This document shows positions 35,916-52,123 of a stretch of 64,000 nt of DNA, piece after piece (position 1 is the stretch's first letter; every line of letters begins with the position of its first letter). This stretch comes from Octopus vulgaris (taxonomy: Eukaryota). A program made the translations under genes and the position numbers. Under the pieces are notes generated by a model. The model did not search any database and was not told where the DNA came from. It was given only the letters and a program-made list of their open reading frames with translations. The DNA lies in NCBI GenBank assembly GCA_951406725.2, contig OX597837.1:12586001-12650000 (forward strand), written 5' to 3'.

Positions 35916-36078
35916 ACTGGTTTTGCTTCAATTTTATAATCTCTACGCTCTACTACAGAAAGGAACACAGAAAGAAACAAGGGGAGAAAAAATAATTTGT
36001 TGTGGCGATTGATAGACAGATAGCTAGATAGATAGATAGATAGATATAGATATATATGTACACATATATGCAGGTGTG

Positions 36079-36151
<73 letters not shown>

Positions 36152-36410
36152 CGTTGTTGTTCAAACGATGAATAGCTTTGCGTTAACCATGGTCCGTTAT
36201 GTTGTCTTACTTTATTATCATCTTATAATCATCTCATAATAATGACTTTTATGACTCGTATTACTACCTCAGTCAATCTAAATATATATATTTGTCGTTA
36301 CCTGTCATAAATAGCCTTTTTCTATTTGCAATGTGTATTTTCGTTGATTTTTCATATTTTACCCTTACATTTCCACGTGTATTTTATATTTTCTTTTCGT
36401 AACATATTTC

Positions 36411-36555
<145 letters not shown>

Positions 36556-37796
36556 CATATACATATATATATACTGAATCACAAGTATCGCAGCGGTACT
36601 TCAGTTTTTCTAAACCCTGTTAAAAGAACCTGGAAGTTTGGTCCTAGAACCACTCCTTTCGTGATACCCTTAAAGGCAGGAGCTTTTCCCGATCCCCTCG
36701 TACATGGGGTTCCTATATTTCTGAGATGAGGAATTTGTATATTATGCCTAATTGGGAATGGTGTTCGCATCTTGGTTGCTGCTTTCACTATGTTTCGACT
36801 GTTGTATTCTCCAGACTTCTGCTGCCTTGTGATTCACCTTAGTAACTTGCCTCGGATTGAGCTCAGAACCCCTAGGTGATTGTTCTGCATTTTAGCGCGC
36901 CTTCAACGCACTGAAATCTAGCGTAGTCCCGTGCTCTTAGGTATATGTGTGCGTGTATGTATGGCTGTGGATGTTTGTATACCTTTTCTGTATTTATTCG
37001 TAATGGCGTCTCTGTGTAAAATATATTTGGAATGCGTCAGGCGATGTTAACGCTGTAACTTTTGTGCGTGCGAAGATGCGAATGCTAATTCCTGCTCGTG
37101 TGTGGAGTTATATACGTCGATGAGCAGATACGGTAACATAAGGTAACATGTAAGCATACGTAACAGTTTTATGGCGTCGTGAGGATTAAATTTGTGGAAT
37201 ATTCCGGTCCAAACGATCTGGTAGGTTCCCACCTATATGTTTGTTTGTGTGCGTATGTTACTCTATCTGTATGGTAAATAGTTTAAATAATTGTATATGT
37301 TTTAATTATGTTGCCTTATTGTGTAATTAATCATTTACAGCGTGTTTAATCTAATTAATAATTTTACCATCTCCAGTTAGTCATGGTAAAACTACTCCAG
37401 AATGGCCCTGTGCTTTTTTGCGTTTTATTAGAATTATAAATGGAAATTGGGTCTCATATATAAAAGTGAGGAGAAGGCGTAGAATCCTTTAAAGATTCGC
37501 TAAAATCTGTCTGCGTAATTTTTTGACAACGATTTATGCTCTGAATTCAGAATTGCCTTGCTTCCTTTCGGTATCGATCAAATAATGTGCCAAATTCTAT
37601 CGTACACATTATCCTCTCTCTTCAAAATGATAGGTATTTTACTGAATCAGCAACAATTTAAGTCTGTTTTGTTTCTCTTTCCAGCGCCATTATATCAAAT
37701 ATTTTTGTTGCATGCTTGAAAAGATCCAAATTGTAATAATAAAAGGAAACATTACATAATACTGTTATTGTTCTTGATATTGTTGTTGTTATTTAT

Positions 37797-38637
37797 TTTA
37801 CTCATTTACTCTTTTACTTGTTTCAGTCATTTGACTGCGGCCATGCTGGAGCACCGCCTTTAATCGAGCATATACACACACACACATACACATATACATA
37901 CATACGACGGGCTTCTTTCAGTTTCCGTCTACCAAATCCACTCACAAGTTTTTTTGTCGGCCCGAGACTATAGTAGAAGACACTTGCCGAAGGTGCCACG
38001 CAGTGGGAATGAACCTGGAACCATGTGGTTGATAAGCAAGCTACTTAGCCCACAGCCACTTCTGCGCCTAAAAGTCATTCCTATTCTGAATTTTACAGCT
38101 TGTGGAGTTTCCAACATTGACCACAATACGCAAATGGTACTTAATTTATCGACCCCGAAAGAATGACAGGCAAAGTCGACCTCCATGGAATTTGAACTCA
38201 GGACGTAGAGACAGACGAAATAGCGCTAAACATTTCGCCTGGCGTGCTAACGTTTCTTATTTCTTTATTGCCCACAAGGGGCTAAACATAGAGGAGACAA
38301 ACAAGGAAAGACAAAGGGATTAAGTCGATTACATTGACCCCAGTGCCTAACTGGTACTCGTCGGCGGAATTTGAACTCAGAACGTAACGCCAGACGAAAT
38401 ACCTATTTCTTTACTGCCCACAAGGAGCTAAACACAGAGGGAACAAACAAGGACAGACAAACGGGTTAAGTCGATTATATCGACCCCAGTGCGTAACTGG
38501 TACTTAATTTATCGACCCCGAAAGGATGAAAAGCAAAGTCAACCTCGGTGGAATTCGAACTCAGAACGTAATGGCAGCCGAAATACTGCTAAGCATTCCG
38601 GCCGACGTGCTAACGTGTCTGCCAGCTCGCCGCCTTA
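37797..38637 (-). mobile_element. SINE A (internally deleted) followed by tandem SINE B copies
   Basis: Family A pieces at 37797-38068; three family B units at 38135-38637. Confidence 0.8.
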
Positions 38638-39522
38638 GTACACACTGATATTAAAATAAAAGCGAACCATACATAAATACGATGGCCTATGAGTAACCAA
38701 CAAAACCATTGTAATTGACTCATCGAAAGTACAAAGCACTTTATATTCTATTTATGAAAGACAATATCACAAAATAGACAACAAACGAAAATACAACAAA
38801 TGAAACTTCAAAAGTGAATAATATAAAATAACACGAAAAGATCTTCCCTTCGTAATATGAGAAATGTTAGAGACAGCTGAATCTGGAGCACGCAGATTTA
38901 ACAGTCGCAATTCCGATGGCCAGTCGCCAGATGAATGTCGAGAATACGATACTTAGAAAGGTTTAAGAATGTGAAATAAAATGTCACTTTTTTCACACAA
39001 AGTAATTGATAATTCATTTACTTTATATTTAAACAAATCTACCGAGAAAACAACCGCTTACGACATTTTGAGAGAGAAGTAACTGAACGACCATTTTGAG
39101 AAAGATCTGAATGACCTCCAGTAGCGTTGATCATTTAAATCTCGTAGCCAGCACAAATGGGATTATCCTCTGAAGATAACGTATTAAGAAAAAAACAACT
39201 TAATCACTAAATGTATACACTTGTACAAATGTGGATGTGTATAATTCATCCAATGGAATCACGGAGCGCAGGCATTCCGCAGGGACAAGTATTCTATTGT
39301 AACGCTGTAAGTACGTTTTGTTATTCACCACCGGCACAAAATTTTGTATACGTAGTATTGTATATACACAGTTTTATACACTCATATACATACAGTCTCA
39401 CACGTACACTGACATATTCATTCACTGAAACATAAATGAAACGCATACTTAACCCTGTAAAACCTTACGCAAACGCACACACACACAAACAAACACATAA
39501 ATAGATATATATTACCCTTGCA

Positions 39523-41251
<1,729 letters not shown>

Positions 41252-41930
41252 TATATATACACATCTGCATATATAATTATATATGCATGCATGTATATTA
41301 AGAAAAAGAGGGTAGTCGGGACTTGGATAAAAATTACTTATTTATTTAAAACTCACCAAATACATACACATACTTACACACACGTACACGCACCCACACA
41401 CATATCGATACAAAATAACAAAGAACTCGTATAACAGCTCCCAAAGTTGTTATAAGTATAACTGAATTAAATTCAGTATATTTGGTATATACATAGTATA
41501 TATCAAATCAATAACAAGAACTATTTACTTAATTACAGGACGATAAGTATAAGATATCGTAAAATATGGTATCCAATATAAAGGGTAATTGAGTTAGAGG
41601 CATACTAAGTGTAGAAGGGATAACTAAACCGCTTTGGGCAGGTAAACAGTTAATGAATGTTGCATGATTTAAAAATATACTAAAATAAGGATTTCCATAT
41701 CCAGTAAATTATATAAAAAGACATTACAAAAAATGATTTATGCGTTACAACAGCTAGGAAAGTATATAAAAGGATATTTAAATGTATAAAAATATCAAAT
41801 ATAAAAAATTAATAACACAACGTTTAATTATAAGTATAAAATATGATATTGCATTATACGATGAGTGTTATGAAAAGAGATTATAAACTCTCTATAAGCT
41901 TTATAAGCTACACAAATGTATAAGGGGGTA

Positions 41931-42010
<80 letters not shown>

Positions 42011-42305
42011 GTTATTAAACTTTTAATACTTCTGATATTTATTTTAAAAAAATTTTTTTAATAAAAAAAATTTTAAAAATTAATTAATTAATTAATTAAT
42101 TAATTAATTAAATAATATATAAATATAAAAATATACATACATACATATATATATATATATTTGTATATATATATGTAAAATTTATAAGTTTAAATTATTT
42201 AAATAATTTTTTATTTTTAACTTTTATATTTTAAAATTATTTTTATGTATTGGCTTATGTTTTTCACTGTTTGATTTGCCTAATAGTGGTTTTATCTCTA
42301 ATTTA

Positions 42306-42420
<115 letters not shown>

Positions 42421-43099
42421 CAAATAAGAAAATGGAGAGAAAATTTGGTTTTTTCATCAACTTTCGGATATTATAATGCTGGGTTATTTATTCATTTTAC
42501 AAATGAGAACATCAAAAGCATACAAAAATATTATATAAATCAACATATTTATAATATGTTGTATAAGAAATGTAAAATTTTAATAAAACTTTATAAAATC
42601 TTAGAATGATATAAAAGGTATTTCCTTACAGAGATAAAAGTAAGAATAAATAAAAAAATAAATAAAATAAAATAAGGATTATTTTATAAATTATGGTATA
42701 AATTATAAATTATATTGGTGTATTGAAAGGAATTCTTAGTTGTGATATTATTATGATACCATATAAAAATAAATATATATATATCAATTATTAATTGAAA
42801 ACAATAAAAATAAAGATACCTTTGGAAATGGGTTCCTAAAATATTTCTAAAATATATCAACGACACTGACCTAAGTAGAATAATATCAGTTCTTATGGGT
42901 TATATCCTATACTTAGGGGAAGTGTAAGATTTATTAATCCATTGTAAATTCAATTGTTATACTAACTATAAAGGAAGAGAGTACTGGGAGTATTGAAGGG
43001 GTAAATGTATAATATAATTATTGAAAGGAGTTAAGGGTTAATAGAAATAAGTACTACATAGATTTCTAAATAATAGAGAGTATGTTATGAATTGTATGA

Positions 43100-44920
43100 T
43101 GTCCTGGACAACTCATACTACCAAATGATAGTATGATATACTCACTATTATCTACTTCTAAAGTATCTCTAGGTACGGATAATCCTATGAACGCATCATA
43201 CTCAAAGATCTAATTGATTATTAATTAGGTTTTGTTTATCTCTATATTTGAATATTTCATATATCTCCTTACAACATAGTTCACAACCATTTCGGCTATT
43301 TGTGTATGGTTGAACTCTACGAACTATATCCCATTTTAGGCTGAATTTATTATTAATGTCTTTCGTAGATAATGAGGTACTGCTGGCTTTATGGCTAAAT
43401 CTAAAGAACAAAAAATGGTTATTCAACAGTTTTTTCATATTTACAGAGCATTCGATGTAAATGAGGTTATTAGTGTCTGTCATTACTGTACATTTATATA
43501 TGACATTTACAGTTAAACACTGGCCCAATAATGGGCATTGGGTTTCTTCTCTACAATTGCAACTGCGGATATTATTACTAGCATTACTTACCCTATCATT
43601 AACATTTATAGTGTCGTCATTCGCGGTACCTCTCAAATTCATAGAAGTATTATCAAAATTTATGTCACCATTTTTCGAGTTATTATAATAGGTATTATTA
43701 CTTATATTTATATTAGCCCTACTGCCTTGGATTATATCATCAGATGTTATGCCACCATAGGATACTTGGTGCTTCATCTGCGGTTTATTAGTTCTGCTAT
43801 CTATGTTGACTGCATTGTTAATAGCTGAGAGTGGGTCCTCAATTTTATCCATAGTATTATTGATTCTTACATATCTACTATTTATTAGAATCATTATTCA
43901 CATATCTACTATTTATCCACTATTACCATTATCATTATCAATTTCGCGGGCTAAGTTTATATTCCTTCTGTTCAAGTGGACTATAATCGTACCTAGATTT
44001 AGGAGGGTGGAATATGAAACTCTGATTCTCCTATTGAAGAATAGTTTGCTATACTTATGTGAAGCTGGAAATATTTCTCCAAAATCGCGATAAATTTACT
44101 ATATATATATTGCGCAATTGAAAGGCAGGTTAAACCAGACCTTATTATCCTTAGTGTTCTTATGCTTATGAACACGGATCAAATTAATCCTTCTACTACT
44201 TCTCAAACCTCTAGCTCGGTTATTAATTACGTTATCATTATCGGAATTTATTTTATTATTAGAATTGGTTCCATTCTTCCCATTCTTATCCTCGCTCTTA
44301 TTATACATGCTAGACATTTTTCTGTCCTTAGATTCTATTTTATTAAATGAACTAGTGTGATTTTTCACATTTTCATTTTCTTTAATGCGTTTAGCTGATA
44401 TCAAGCTCTCTGAATTAAGGAATGCGATCTCCTGATTGTATCACGCCTTAAACAGAGCAGAGTTATGGTAGTGGAAGTATAAGTTAAATATAAATTTTAG
44501 CCGATAATTAAGTAATTCTCCTTGAAATTCCTTTTGCTAATGATTTTAATACATTTGGGGGAATATTAGAGGATCTATTCACATACTTAGTAACTTCATT
44601 TGGTTTTCTATAGGGATAATACAAACCAGATTTAAGTTCTAGTGTAGCATCTAAGAAGTTAATTATCTTCATATCATATTCGAAAGTGAGCCCTAAGTTT
44701 TTTAAAGAATTTTCCGGTTTTCTTCCTCATTCTTTCTATGACAGTCTTACTATTTCTAGGTGTAATAAATAATGTTTCATCTCTATAAAGACCATCCTGC
44801 AGTTCAGGGAGATCACTACTAAGACACTTAAGGAGGTATGCACCAACCAAATCTGTAACTTGGGCGGAGTCACTTGAACTTATGGCAATATCAGAATTAT
44901 TAGAGGTATCACATCTCGTT
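43100..44920 (-). mobile_element. Degenerate Penelope-like element (RT plus GIY-YIG endonuclease)
   Basis: RT: SSDSAQVTDLVGAYLL...DGLYRDE. Linker: VWFNLPFN and FPASHKYSKLFFNRRIRVSYS. GIY-YIG: CNCREETQCPLLGQCLTVNVIYKC...IYIECS...LKWDIV...CELCCKE. Many stops and frameshifts. Confidence 0.85.
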
Positions 44921-45636
44921 GAATAAAATCATAACTGTTCCTCCTGTGTTTTCTTTTACCAAAAGCCAGGAACTTTTGAGCAAATCTCGTATGTCTTTAA
45001 ACCTATTAACTAATATTGATTTCCTTCATTGATACACGATCTCACATTTCAGAGAATGCACAATCAATTGATTCTTGCCAGAACTAAGAACATAAAGAGA
45101 CATAAAGGAATACTCAACAATCTTTATCACCCAGACCAATTCTGCCCAAAGATATTTGTCATTGAACTAATGTTTTCCACAGTTGGATCTTCAATTTCTG
45201 CCGTATTTTTGATACAAGGAATGAATAACTTGGAATGACTCAACCTTAAATAGAAACTGCATTGTAAATGTCCCCACAGATTTATACTGAGGTAACACAG
45301 AGTACAACTGAATGCATCGAAGAACTAAGTGGAATTGTGGAATTGAACATATATCGTTTAAAAACTAGTTGGTTACCACATATTTTTCGACTGTTTCTTA
45401 TGTATCTGTCACGTCTCAGATTTACAGCAGACAGAGAAGATTTGGAAGTGACGGTATTAATTCCAGACCCAAACTTTACAGATTGTAACAGAATTCCTGA
45501 ATTTGCGTTCTCTATAATTTACTGTCAAACTCTGCATTTTTATTCGTTGTATTTCTTGTTTGTATTTTTGCCTTAACGTGATGTTAAATAAAGGATAGTA
45601 AAAGATAAACGAAATAGTTTACTAAATCAGTGATAA

Positions 45637-45710
<74 letters not shown>

Positions 45711-45887
45711 TATATAATAAAAAACTTTCATCAATTCAAAATGAACAATTAAATTACACCATCTAAAAAATTACATATAATAGAAATATTAAAATTAAAA
45801 TAACAATAAATATCAATGATTAAGTAAATTGATTTAGTATTTCTAAATTGAATTTTTTCCCTGTAAGTTTGGATTTATATTCCCTCA

Positions 45888-45970
<83 letters not shown>

Positions 45971-46271
45971 TATATTAACACTAAGCTTTACAGGTTTACA
46001 TGTCTATATTTATCGATAATGAAATGCACCAAGCTACTCTGAAATATATTGACATTAAGATATCTTAATCAAAAGGTTTGAACATCAGATTTCATCCGGT
46101 TAAATATGCACTTTAGAGACCAAACAACCATCATTAATTTTATGAAATGAAGCTGCGCACAGGAAAGTAATAGTTTGCTCATTTTCGGTGACTCTCTTTT
46201 ACTGTTTCATTCAATATTTAAAAATTACATCACACATCTCTTAAAATAATTGGAAGTTGAAGTTAACAAAA

Positions 46272-47759
46272 ATGTCTCAATTTACGCTCTGGATAAAGCG
46301 TTATTCTTCTTGTCGTTGGAGACTATGTTATGCCTGTGCTGCTGCTAGTCTTTTGATGCAAACATTAAGAGTTAATCTAAGCATGGCATTTGTTTGTATG
46401 TTGAAACCACTCAATCGTACGACTGAGGAAGTTAGCTTTACTGCAAACGAACATCGTTGTTCTGCATTGCATAATTATTCATCAAATCGAAATTATGAAG
46501 GAGAGTTTGAATGGAGTGACAAATTACAATCAAACATGCTAGCTGGTTACTTTTATGGATATATAGGGACTAACATTGTCGGTGGTTTATTGGCAGATAA
46601 ATATGGTGGGAAAAGAGTTCTGGGGGCTTCATTTCTCTCATCATCAATTTTGACCATTCTCCACCCAAGTTTATCACGAGTTAGTGGGTACTTTACTCTT
46701 GTCCTACGGATATTAACAGGTGCGGTATCGGGGCCGATCTATCCTGCGCTTCAGTCCTTATTTGGACGTTGGGCTCCTTCACAAGAAATTAGTTTGTTGA
46801 TTGCCATTATATTTTCCGCCCAGTATTTAGGTAGTATTTTATGTCTTTCGATATCAGGTTACCTTTGTGTGTATGGGTTTGATAATGGATGGGGTTCTAT
46901 ATTTTACATATTTGGTGGAATATGTTTGGTTTTTAGTTGTGTGTGGTTTTATGTAGTTTACGATAATCCAGACGTCCATCCCACTATCAGCGAAGAAGAA
47001 TATTCTTACTTAAGCAGAACTATAGTGAGTGAAAAAGTAGTTAAAAATGTACCCTGGAAACGGCTGTTCTCTTCACCTGCAGTTTGGGCCATCATTTTTG
47101 GTTGGTTTGCTTATTGTTGGACTACTCTAGCTTTCCAGGTGTTGTTACCTCTTTATGTGAAAGAAGCTTTAAACGTTAATACAACATCCAACGGTTTAAT
47201 GTCGTCTGTCACTGCATTTGGACAAATAATTGCTCTACCGTTGTGGGGAAAATGCGCAAATATTGTACTTTCAAAGAAATATCTGTCAACGCGTTCTGTT
47301 CGAGTTTTATTCCACACTTTGTCTATGTTAGGTTCAGCAAGTCTGTTAATCGCGATAGGATTCCTCGGATGTGGCAAAAACACTTTAATAATTATCCTGT
47401 TGTTTCTTAGTGGTATAACTCTATCCTTTTCCAGTGGTGGTGTTACCGTCAACAACATTGACATTGCTCCAAATTATGCAGGCGTTGTTTTTGGAATTGC
47501 CAACGCTTTTGGAACAGCAGCCGGCAGTATTAGTACGGTGTCTGCAAAAGCTCTCACTCCAAATGGTACACAAGAAGAATGGCAGATCGTGTTAGCCTTG
47601 TTTGCTGCTGTATGTGTAGCTGGTGCAATATTGTTTGCGATATTAGCAAGAGGAGAAGTCCAAGATTGGGCGCGTATAGAGAGAACTGAATCGCTTGAAA
47701 ATTCCAAAACAGTGAATGTTAACTTAATACCTATTTCTTTATTACCCACAAGGGGCTAA
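46272..47759 (+). CDS. SLC17/sialin-like MFS transporter paralog 5 (495 aa; last 8 residues SINE-derived)
   Basis: Intact ORF with RVNLSMA and the other SLC17 motifs. The stop TAA lies inside an antisense SINE B. Confidence 0.93.
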   Translation: MSQFTLWIKRYSSCRWRLCYACAAASLLMQTLRVNLSMAFVCMLKPLNRTTEEVSFTANEHRCSALHNYSSNRNYEGEFEWSDKLQSNMLAGYFYGYIGTNIVGGLLADKYGGKRVLGASFLSSSILTILHPSLSRVSGYFTLVLRILTGAVSGPIYPALQSLFGRWAPSQEISLLIAIIFSAQYLGSILCLSISGYLCVYGFDNGWGSIFYIFGGICLVFSCVWFYVVYDNPDVHPTISEEEYSYLSRTIVSEKVVKNVPWKRLFSSPAVWAIIFGWFAYCWTTLAFQVLLPLYVKEALNVNTTSNGLMSSVTAFGQIIALPLWGKCANIVLSKKYLSTRSVRVLFHTLSMLGSASLLIAIGFLGCGKNTLIIILLFLSGITLSFSSGGVTVNNIDIAPNYAGVVFGIANAFGTAAGSISTVSAKALTPNGTQEEWQIVLALFAAVCVAGAILFAILARGEVQDWARIERTESLENSKTVNVNLIPISLLPTRG

Positions 47760-47933
47760 ACACAGAGAGGACAAACAAGGACAGACATAGGTATTAAGTC
47801 GAATACATCGACTCCAGTGCGTAACTGGTACTTAGTTAATCGACCCCGAAAGGATGAAAGGCAAAGTCGATCTATGCGGAATTTGAACTCACAACGTAAC
47901 AGTAGACGAAATACGGCTAAGGATTTCTGCCAG
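47733..47933 (-). mobile_element. SINE B inserted just before the original stop codon of paralog 5
   Basis: Matches 38400-38600. Flanked by the direct repeat aatacct (47726-47732 and 47934-47940). Confidence 0.85.
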
Positions 47934-48194
47934 AATACCTTAGCAATAGCACACAAGAATGTATACATTAATATCTATAATTTTACTAATCCTTTCAAAA
48001 CTAGCGGGACCCGTGGAAATTCCGCGATGGAGGTCAGTATATTAGAAAAACTAATATATGAAACACAAGCAAGGGCATTATTTAAAAAATTCGTTTGAAA
48101 TCTTGCCATTTAATCAAAACTTTACTTATAATCGAAATGAACTCAGAAGATGTTGCTTATTTACTTTCTTTTAATATCTTTGAGAGACAGAAAT

Positions 48195-48395
48195 GCTGTG
48201 AGCTGGCAGAATCGTTAGCACGCTCGAGCACAATGCTGCGTCCGTCTTTGCGTTCTGAGTTCAAATTCTGCCGAGGTTGACTTTGCTTTTCATCCTATCA
48301 GGGTCGATAAAATAAGAACCAGTTGAGTACTCGGCGAAATTTGAACTCAGAACGTAGAGACGGACGAAATGCCGTTAAGCATTTTGTCCGCCGCA
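48195..48395. mobile_element. Two SINE B fragments in opposite orientations
   Basis: gagctggcagaatcgttagc...gagttcaaatt on +, then aatttgaactcagaacg... (minus-strand copy). Confidence 0.7.
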
Positions 48396-49534
48396 CTAGC
48401 CTCGAGAATTGTGTTAATAACGATAATTATTATTATCTTTGTCATGTATTATCATCGTTATACAATTCTGTATTTTAAGACGAGGAATTTTATATTATTT
48501 ATTATTTGGAGCGGTGTCCACGATTTATCGGTTTTTTGTTTATATTTATTTTGTTTTAAAATGACTTTACAACATTTACGCCCAACTTCCCCATGTTATT
48601 GGACTAAAGCAATATGGGACTTTACTACCTACGCGCGCGCATGCGTGTGTCTATGTGGGTTTCTCAATTTGCTTAGTACATTTTTGAAACGATTGTTTTG
48701 CTTTGCTTTTATATAATTATCGATTTAGTGTGTGCGTAGTTCACATATTTTCTTCATGTTCAGTTATTTATTGTACAACATATCCGGAACAGTTCTCTGC
48801 TTTCCGATGCGTACTATGATTCTAAATTGAAACTGACCTCACAATTTGAGAGATGGTCAAGACGATGTCGTATAAAAACGAGGAGACGAACGCAGAATCA
48901 TTCAAGCGTCGATAACAATTATTTGTCAACTTTTCTCCGACATTTTATGATCTGAGTTCAAATTTGCCTTTCTTCCTTTCGGGATCGATAAAATAAAGTA
49001 CTCAACTAGTTATAACTTTGATGGGACCGATTATCCTCTGTCCTAAAAACTACCGTTTTTTTTTACTACTCTAGAAACAATACAAATCTTTTTTGTTCTA
49101 CTTTCCAACACAATCTCTATGTCAAATGTTTTCGATGTTTTCTTTAAAAAAAATCCAAATGACAATAATAAAAGAAGGCGTTGGTTTCACTATTGTTGTT
49201 GTTGTAGTTCTTGATATTTTTTGTCGTTTTTTTTCTGAAAGAAATGGGGGGTTTTTTTTGTGTTCATATTCTGGATTACAGTCTGTGAATTTTCCAATGT
49301 TATGCTTCTTTCTGTGCCATATTGCACGGAATTATTACCAAAATAAGAAAATCGTTTTTGATATTTTTGTAAGTGTAAAAAGACATTTCTGCAATTTTGT
49401 GAGGGATCGGGGTCAGTTTAATTCTTTTAAACATATTTCAGGAATTCACTTTCTTTTATTAGGCAGTAGCAAGACGGATTTGAATTAGTAGTCGTAGCCT
49501 TAAAAATAAAACACATATCTCAGTCAAGTATTTG

Positions 49535-50172
49535 CTAGAGACATTGCACAACAGAAAAAAATAAACAAAAAATTCGTAACGCGGTACAAAAGACACACAC
49601 GGAAAAATTGATGAATTTCTGAGAAAACAAAAATAGACAAGAAAATTCGTAACGCGGTGCAAAAGGCACACGCGGAAAAATTGAGGAATGTCTGAGAAAC
49701 AAATATAAACAAGAAAATTCGTAACGCGGTACAAAAGACACACGCGGAAAAATTGAAGAATTTCTGAGAAACAAAAATAAACAAAAAATTCGTAACGCGG
49801 TGCAAAAGGCACACGCGGAAAAATTGAGGAATGTCTGAGAAACAAAAATAAACAAGAAAATTTGTAATGCGGTATAAAAAGCACACACGGAAAATTTGAT
49901 GAATTTCTGAGAAACAAAAATAGAGACATTGCACAACAGAAAAAAAATAAACAAAAAAATTCGTAACGCGGTACGAAAGGCACACGCGGAAAAATTGAAG
50001 AATTTCTGAGAAACAAAAATAAACAAGAAAATTCGTAACGCGGTGCAAAAGACACACGCGGAAAATTTGATGAATTTCTGAGAAACAAAAATAAACAAGA
50101 AAATTCGTAATGCGGTGCAAAAGGCACACGCGGAAAAAAATGATGAATCTCCGAGAAACAAAAATAAACACA
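49535..50172. repeat. 72-bp minisatellite, about 8-9 units with a ~385-bp higher-order repeat
   Basis: Unit gaaacaaaaataaacaagaaaattcgtaacgcggtgcaaaaggcacacgcggaaaaattgaagaatttctga. The linker gagacattgcacaacagaaaa occurs at 49538 and 49923. Confidence 0.9.
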
Positions 50173-50329
50173 GAAAATATTGATTCCACCTTCAGCAGAA
50201 AAAAAATAACCAACAACAAATAACAACAAATCCACACACTAATTTGTTGCGAATAAATTATGTTAAGTTTGGCGAATAAATTATGTTAAGTTTGGCAGTG
50301 ACTGGCTGTGCTTCATAATCTGGTTGGGA

Positions 50330-50435
50330 TAATTCCATGTTAGTGGTCCCAGGGGTGTCATCATGCGTAGAGCTGACCAGGTCTACAACTGCTCTCCATC
50401 GCTGGCGGTCCCGTACTAGCCCCTCTGCATTCCCC
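50330..50435 (-). mobile_element. Probable RTE-clade LINE 3'-end fragment
   Basis: Minus strand translates GLVRDRQRWRAVV, the DRxxWR C-terminal motif. Confidence 0.45.
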
Positions 50436-50482
50436 AAGATGGCGTCGAGAATTTGGGGCGCTGACAACCCAAAATATATATA

Positions 50483-50856
50483 CACTTGCGTCAGAAATTA
50501 ATTAGCACTTCTCAAATTTCTACATTAAATAGGTTAAATCAATTAACCTATGAGCTGTTCAAAACGTCTTACGCGATGAGAAAACTTAGTATGGTGTGAT
50601 TTCGGTCCTTGCGAGGCGCTACCTATATCTATTAAACAAAGGAAGATTTGTCTGCATCCGCACTCCAAGTTGTTGCACTGCTATGTCAACATCATAAGGC
50701 TTGTAGACTCTCAAACTGCTCTGCAAACAAAGTTACGTCATCGTTTTGCGCAACAGTGAACTCGCAACAAATAGTTCGAGATATGGCCACTAGGTGACAG
50801 CACATACCTTGAGTGAAGAGCAAATCAAGGGTGCTAATTAATTTCTCACGGTAGTG
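50483..50856. mobile_element. Tc1/mariner-type MITE
   Basis: TA|cacttgcgtcagaaattaattagcac ... gtgctaattaatttctcacggtagtg|TA: imperfect ~26-bp TIRs with TA target duplication. Confidence 0.75.
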
Positions 50857-51387
50857 TATATAACAAAATACATCCGGCTTCTCTCACGAAGAAAAACTTG
50901 CCAACCATTGCCCGCGAAACAGCAACGTTAACTAACAGCAGCCGTCACCTTTATTGTGCAATATGCACAGAGGGTAAGTGCAAAGCATTTTAGATCAAAA
51001 GTGAATGGCCTTACATATGAGATTAAATTTCTGATAGCAATAAAGAGCATGGCCAGTGCATTAGGAGGTAGGCAAGTGCATAAATTAAAATTGTCATCTG
51101 AGCTTTCATAGAATTTAATGTAATTAATACATGTGCACGTAACCAGGAAAGTTGATAAGGTCACTATGAAATTTTTGTGGTTTTACATAAAGTGTAAACA
51201 CTTTAATGAAACAAATTCTGTAAAGCTACTCTCTATGAGGATGTATATTAAAGACGATTAACAATTGAAAGGTATATATTTTGTTATTAGCTCATTACAG
51301 GTGAGGATCAACTTGGGGAAGAGAACGACGACAGCGTAAGTATACAGGAAATGGAGCACAAAAACACACACTACACACACGTGAATA

Positions 51388-51809
51388 TATGTATGTATGT
51401 ATGTATGTATTTATGTATGTATGTATGTATGTATGTATGTATGTATGTATGTATGTATGTATGTATGTACGTATGTATGTATGTATGTATGTATGTATGT
51501 ATGTATGTACGTATGTATGTATGTATGTATGTATGTATGTATGTATGTATGTATGTATGTATGTATGTATGTATGTATGTATGTATGTATGTGTGTGTAT
51601 GTATGTGTGTGTGTATGTATGTATGCATGCATGCATGTATGTATGTATGTATGTATGTATGTATGTACGTATGTATGTATGTATGTATGTATGTATGTAT
51701 GTATGTATGTATGTATGTACGTATGTATGTATGTATGTATGTATGTACGTATGTATGTATGTATGTATGTATGTATGTATGTATGTACGTATGTATGTAT
51801 GTATGTATG

Positions 51810-51854
<45 letters not shown>
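51388..51854. repeat. (TATG)n microsatellite followed by (TG)n
   Basis: Direct reading. Confidence 0.95.
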
Positions 51855-51857
<3 letters not shown>

Positions 51858-52021
51858 TAATATTTTGGACTAAAATGTATAAGTCGGTTAGTTGTGTTGA
51901 GAGAGTAGGACCGGTCGAAACGAACGTGGTACAGGATTAGGTTTAATACCAAATCCATCTTGTTACTTAATTTCCATACACACACACACACACACACATA
52001 CATATATATACATATATATAC

Positions 52022-52123
<102 letters not shown>

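Noticed and set aside
36560-37150. Moderately GC-rich segment with short ORFs
   Set aside because: Probably a repeat fragment, but no motif or terminus could be identified.
45029-45576. Similar short ORFs upstream of paralogs 5 and 6 (QFC..IFVIEL.F; also 57390-57782) as a second gene family
   Set aside because: The frame is broken by stops and indels in every copy. The similarity is explained by DNA homology of the duplicated flank, so it is kept only as a non-coding module.
49459-50237. Three 200+ aa hydrophobic ORFs; CRISPR-like look
   Set aside because: They arise from a T-rich 72-bp tandem repeat with no unique spacers.
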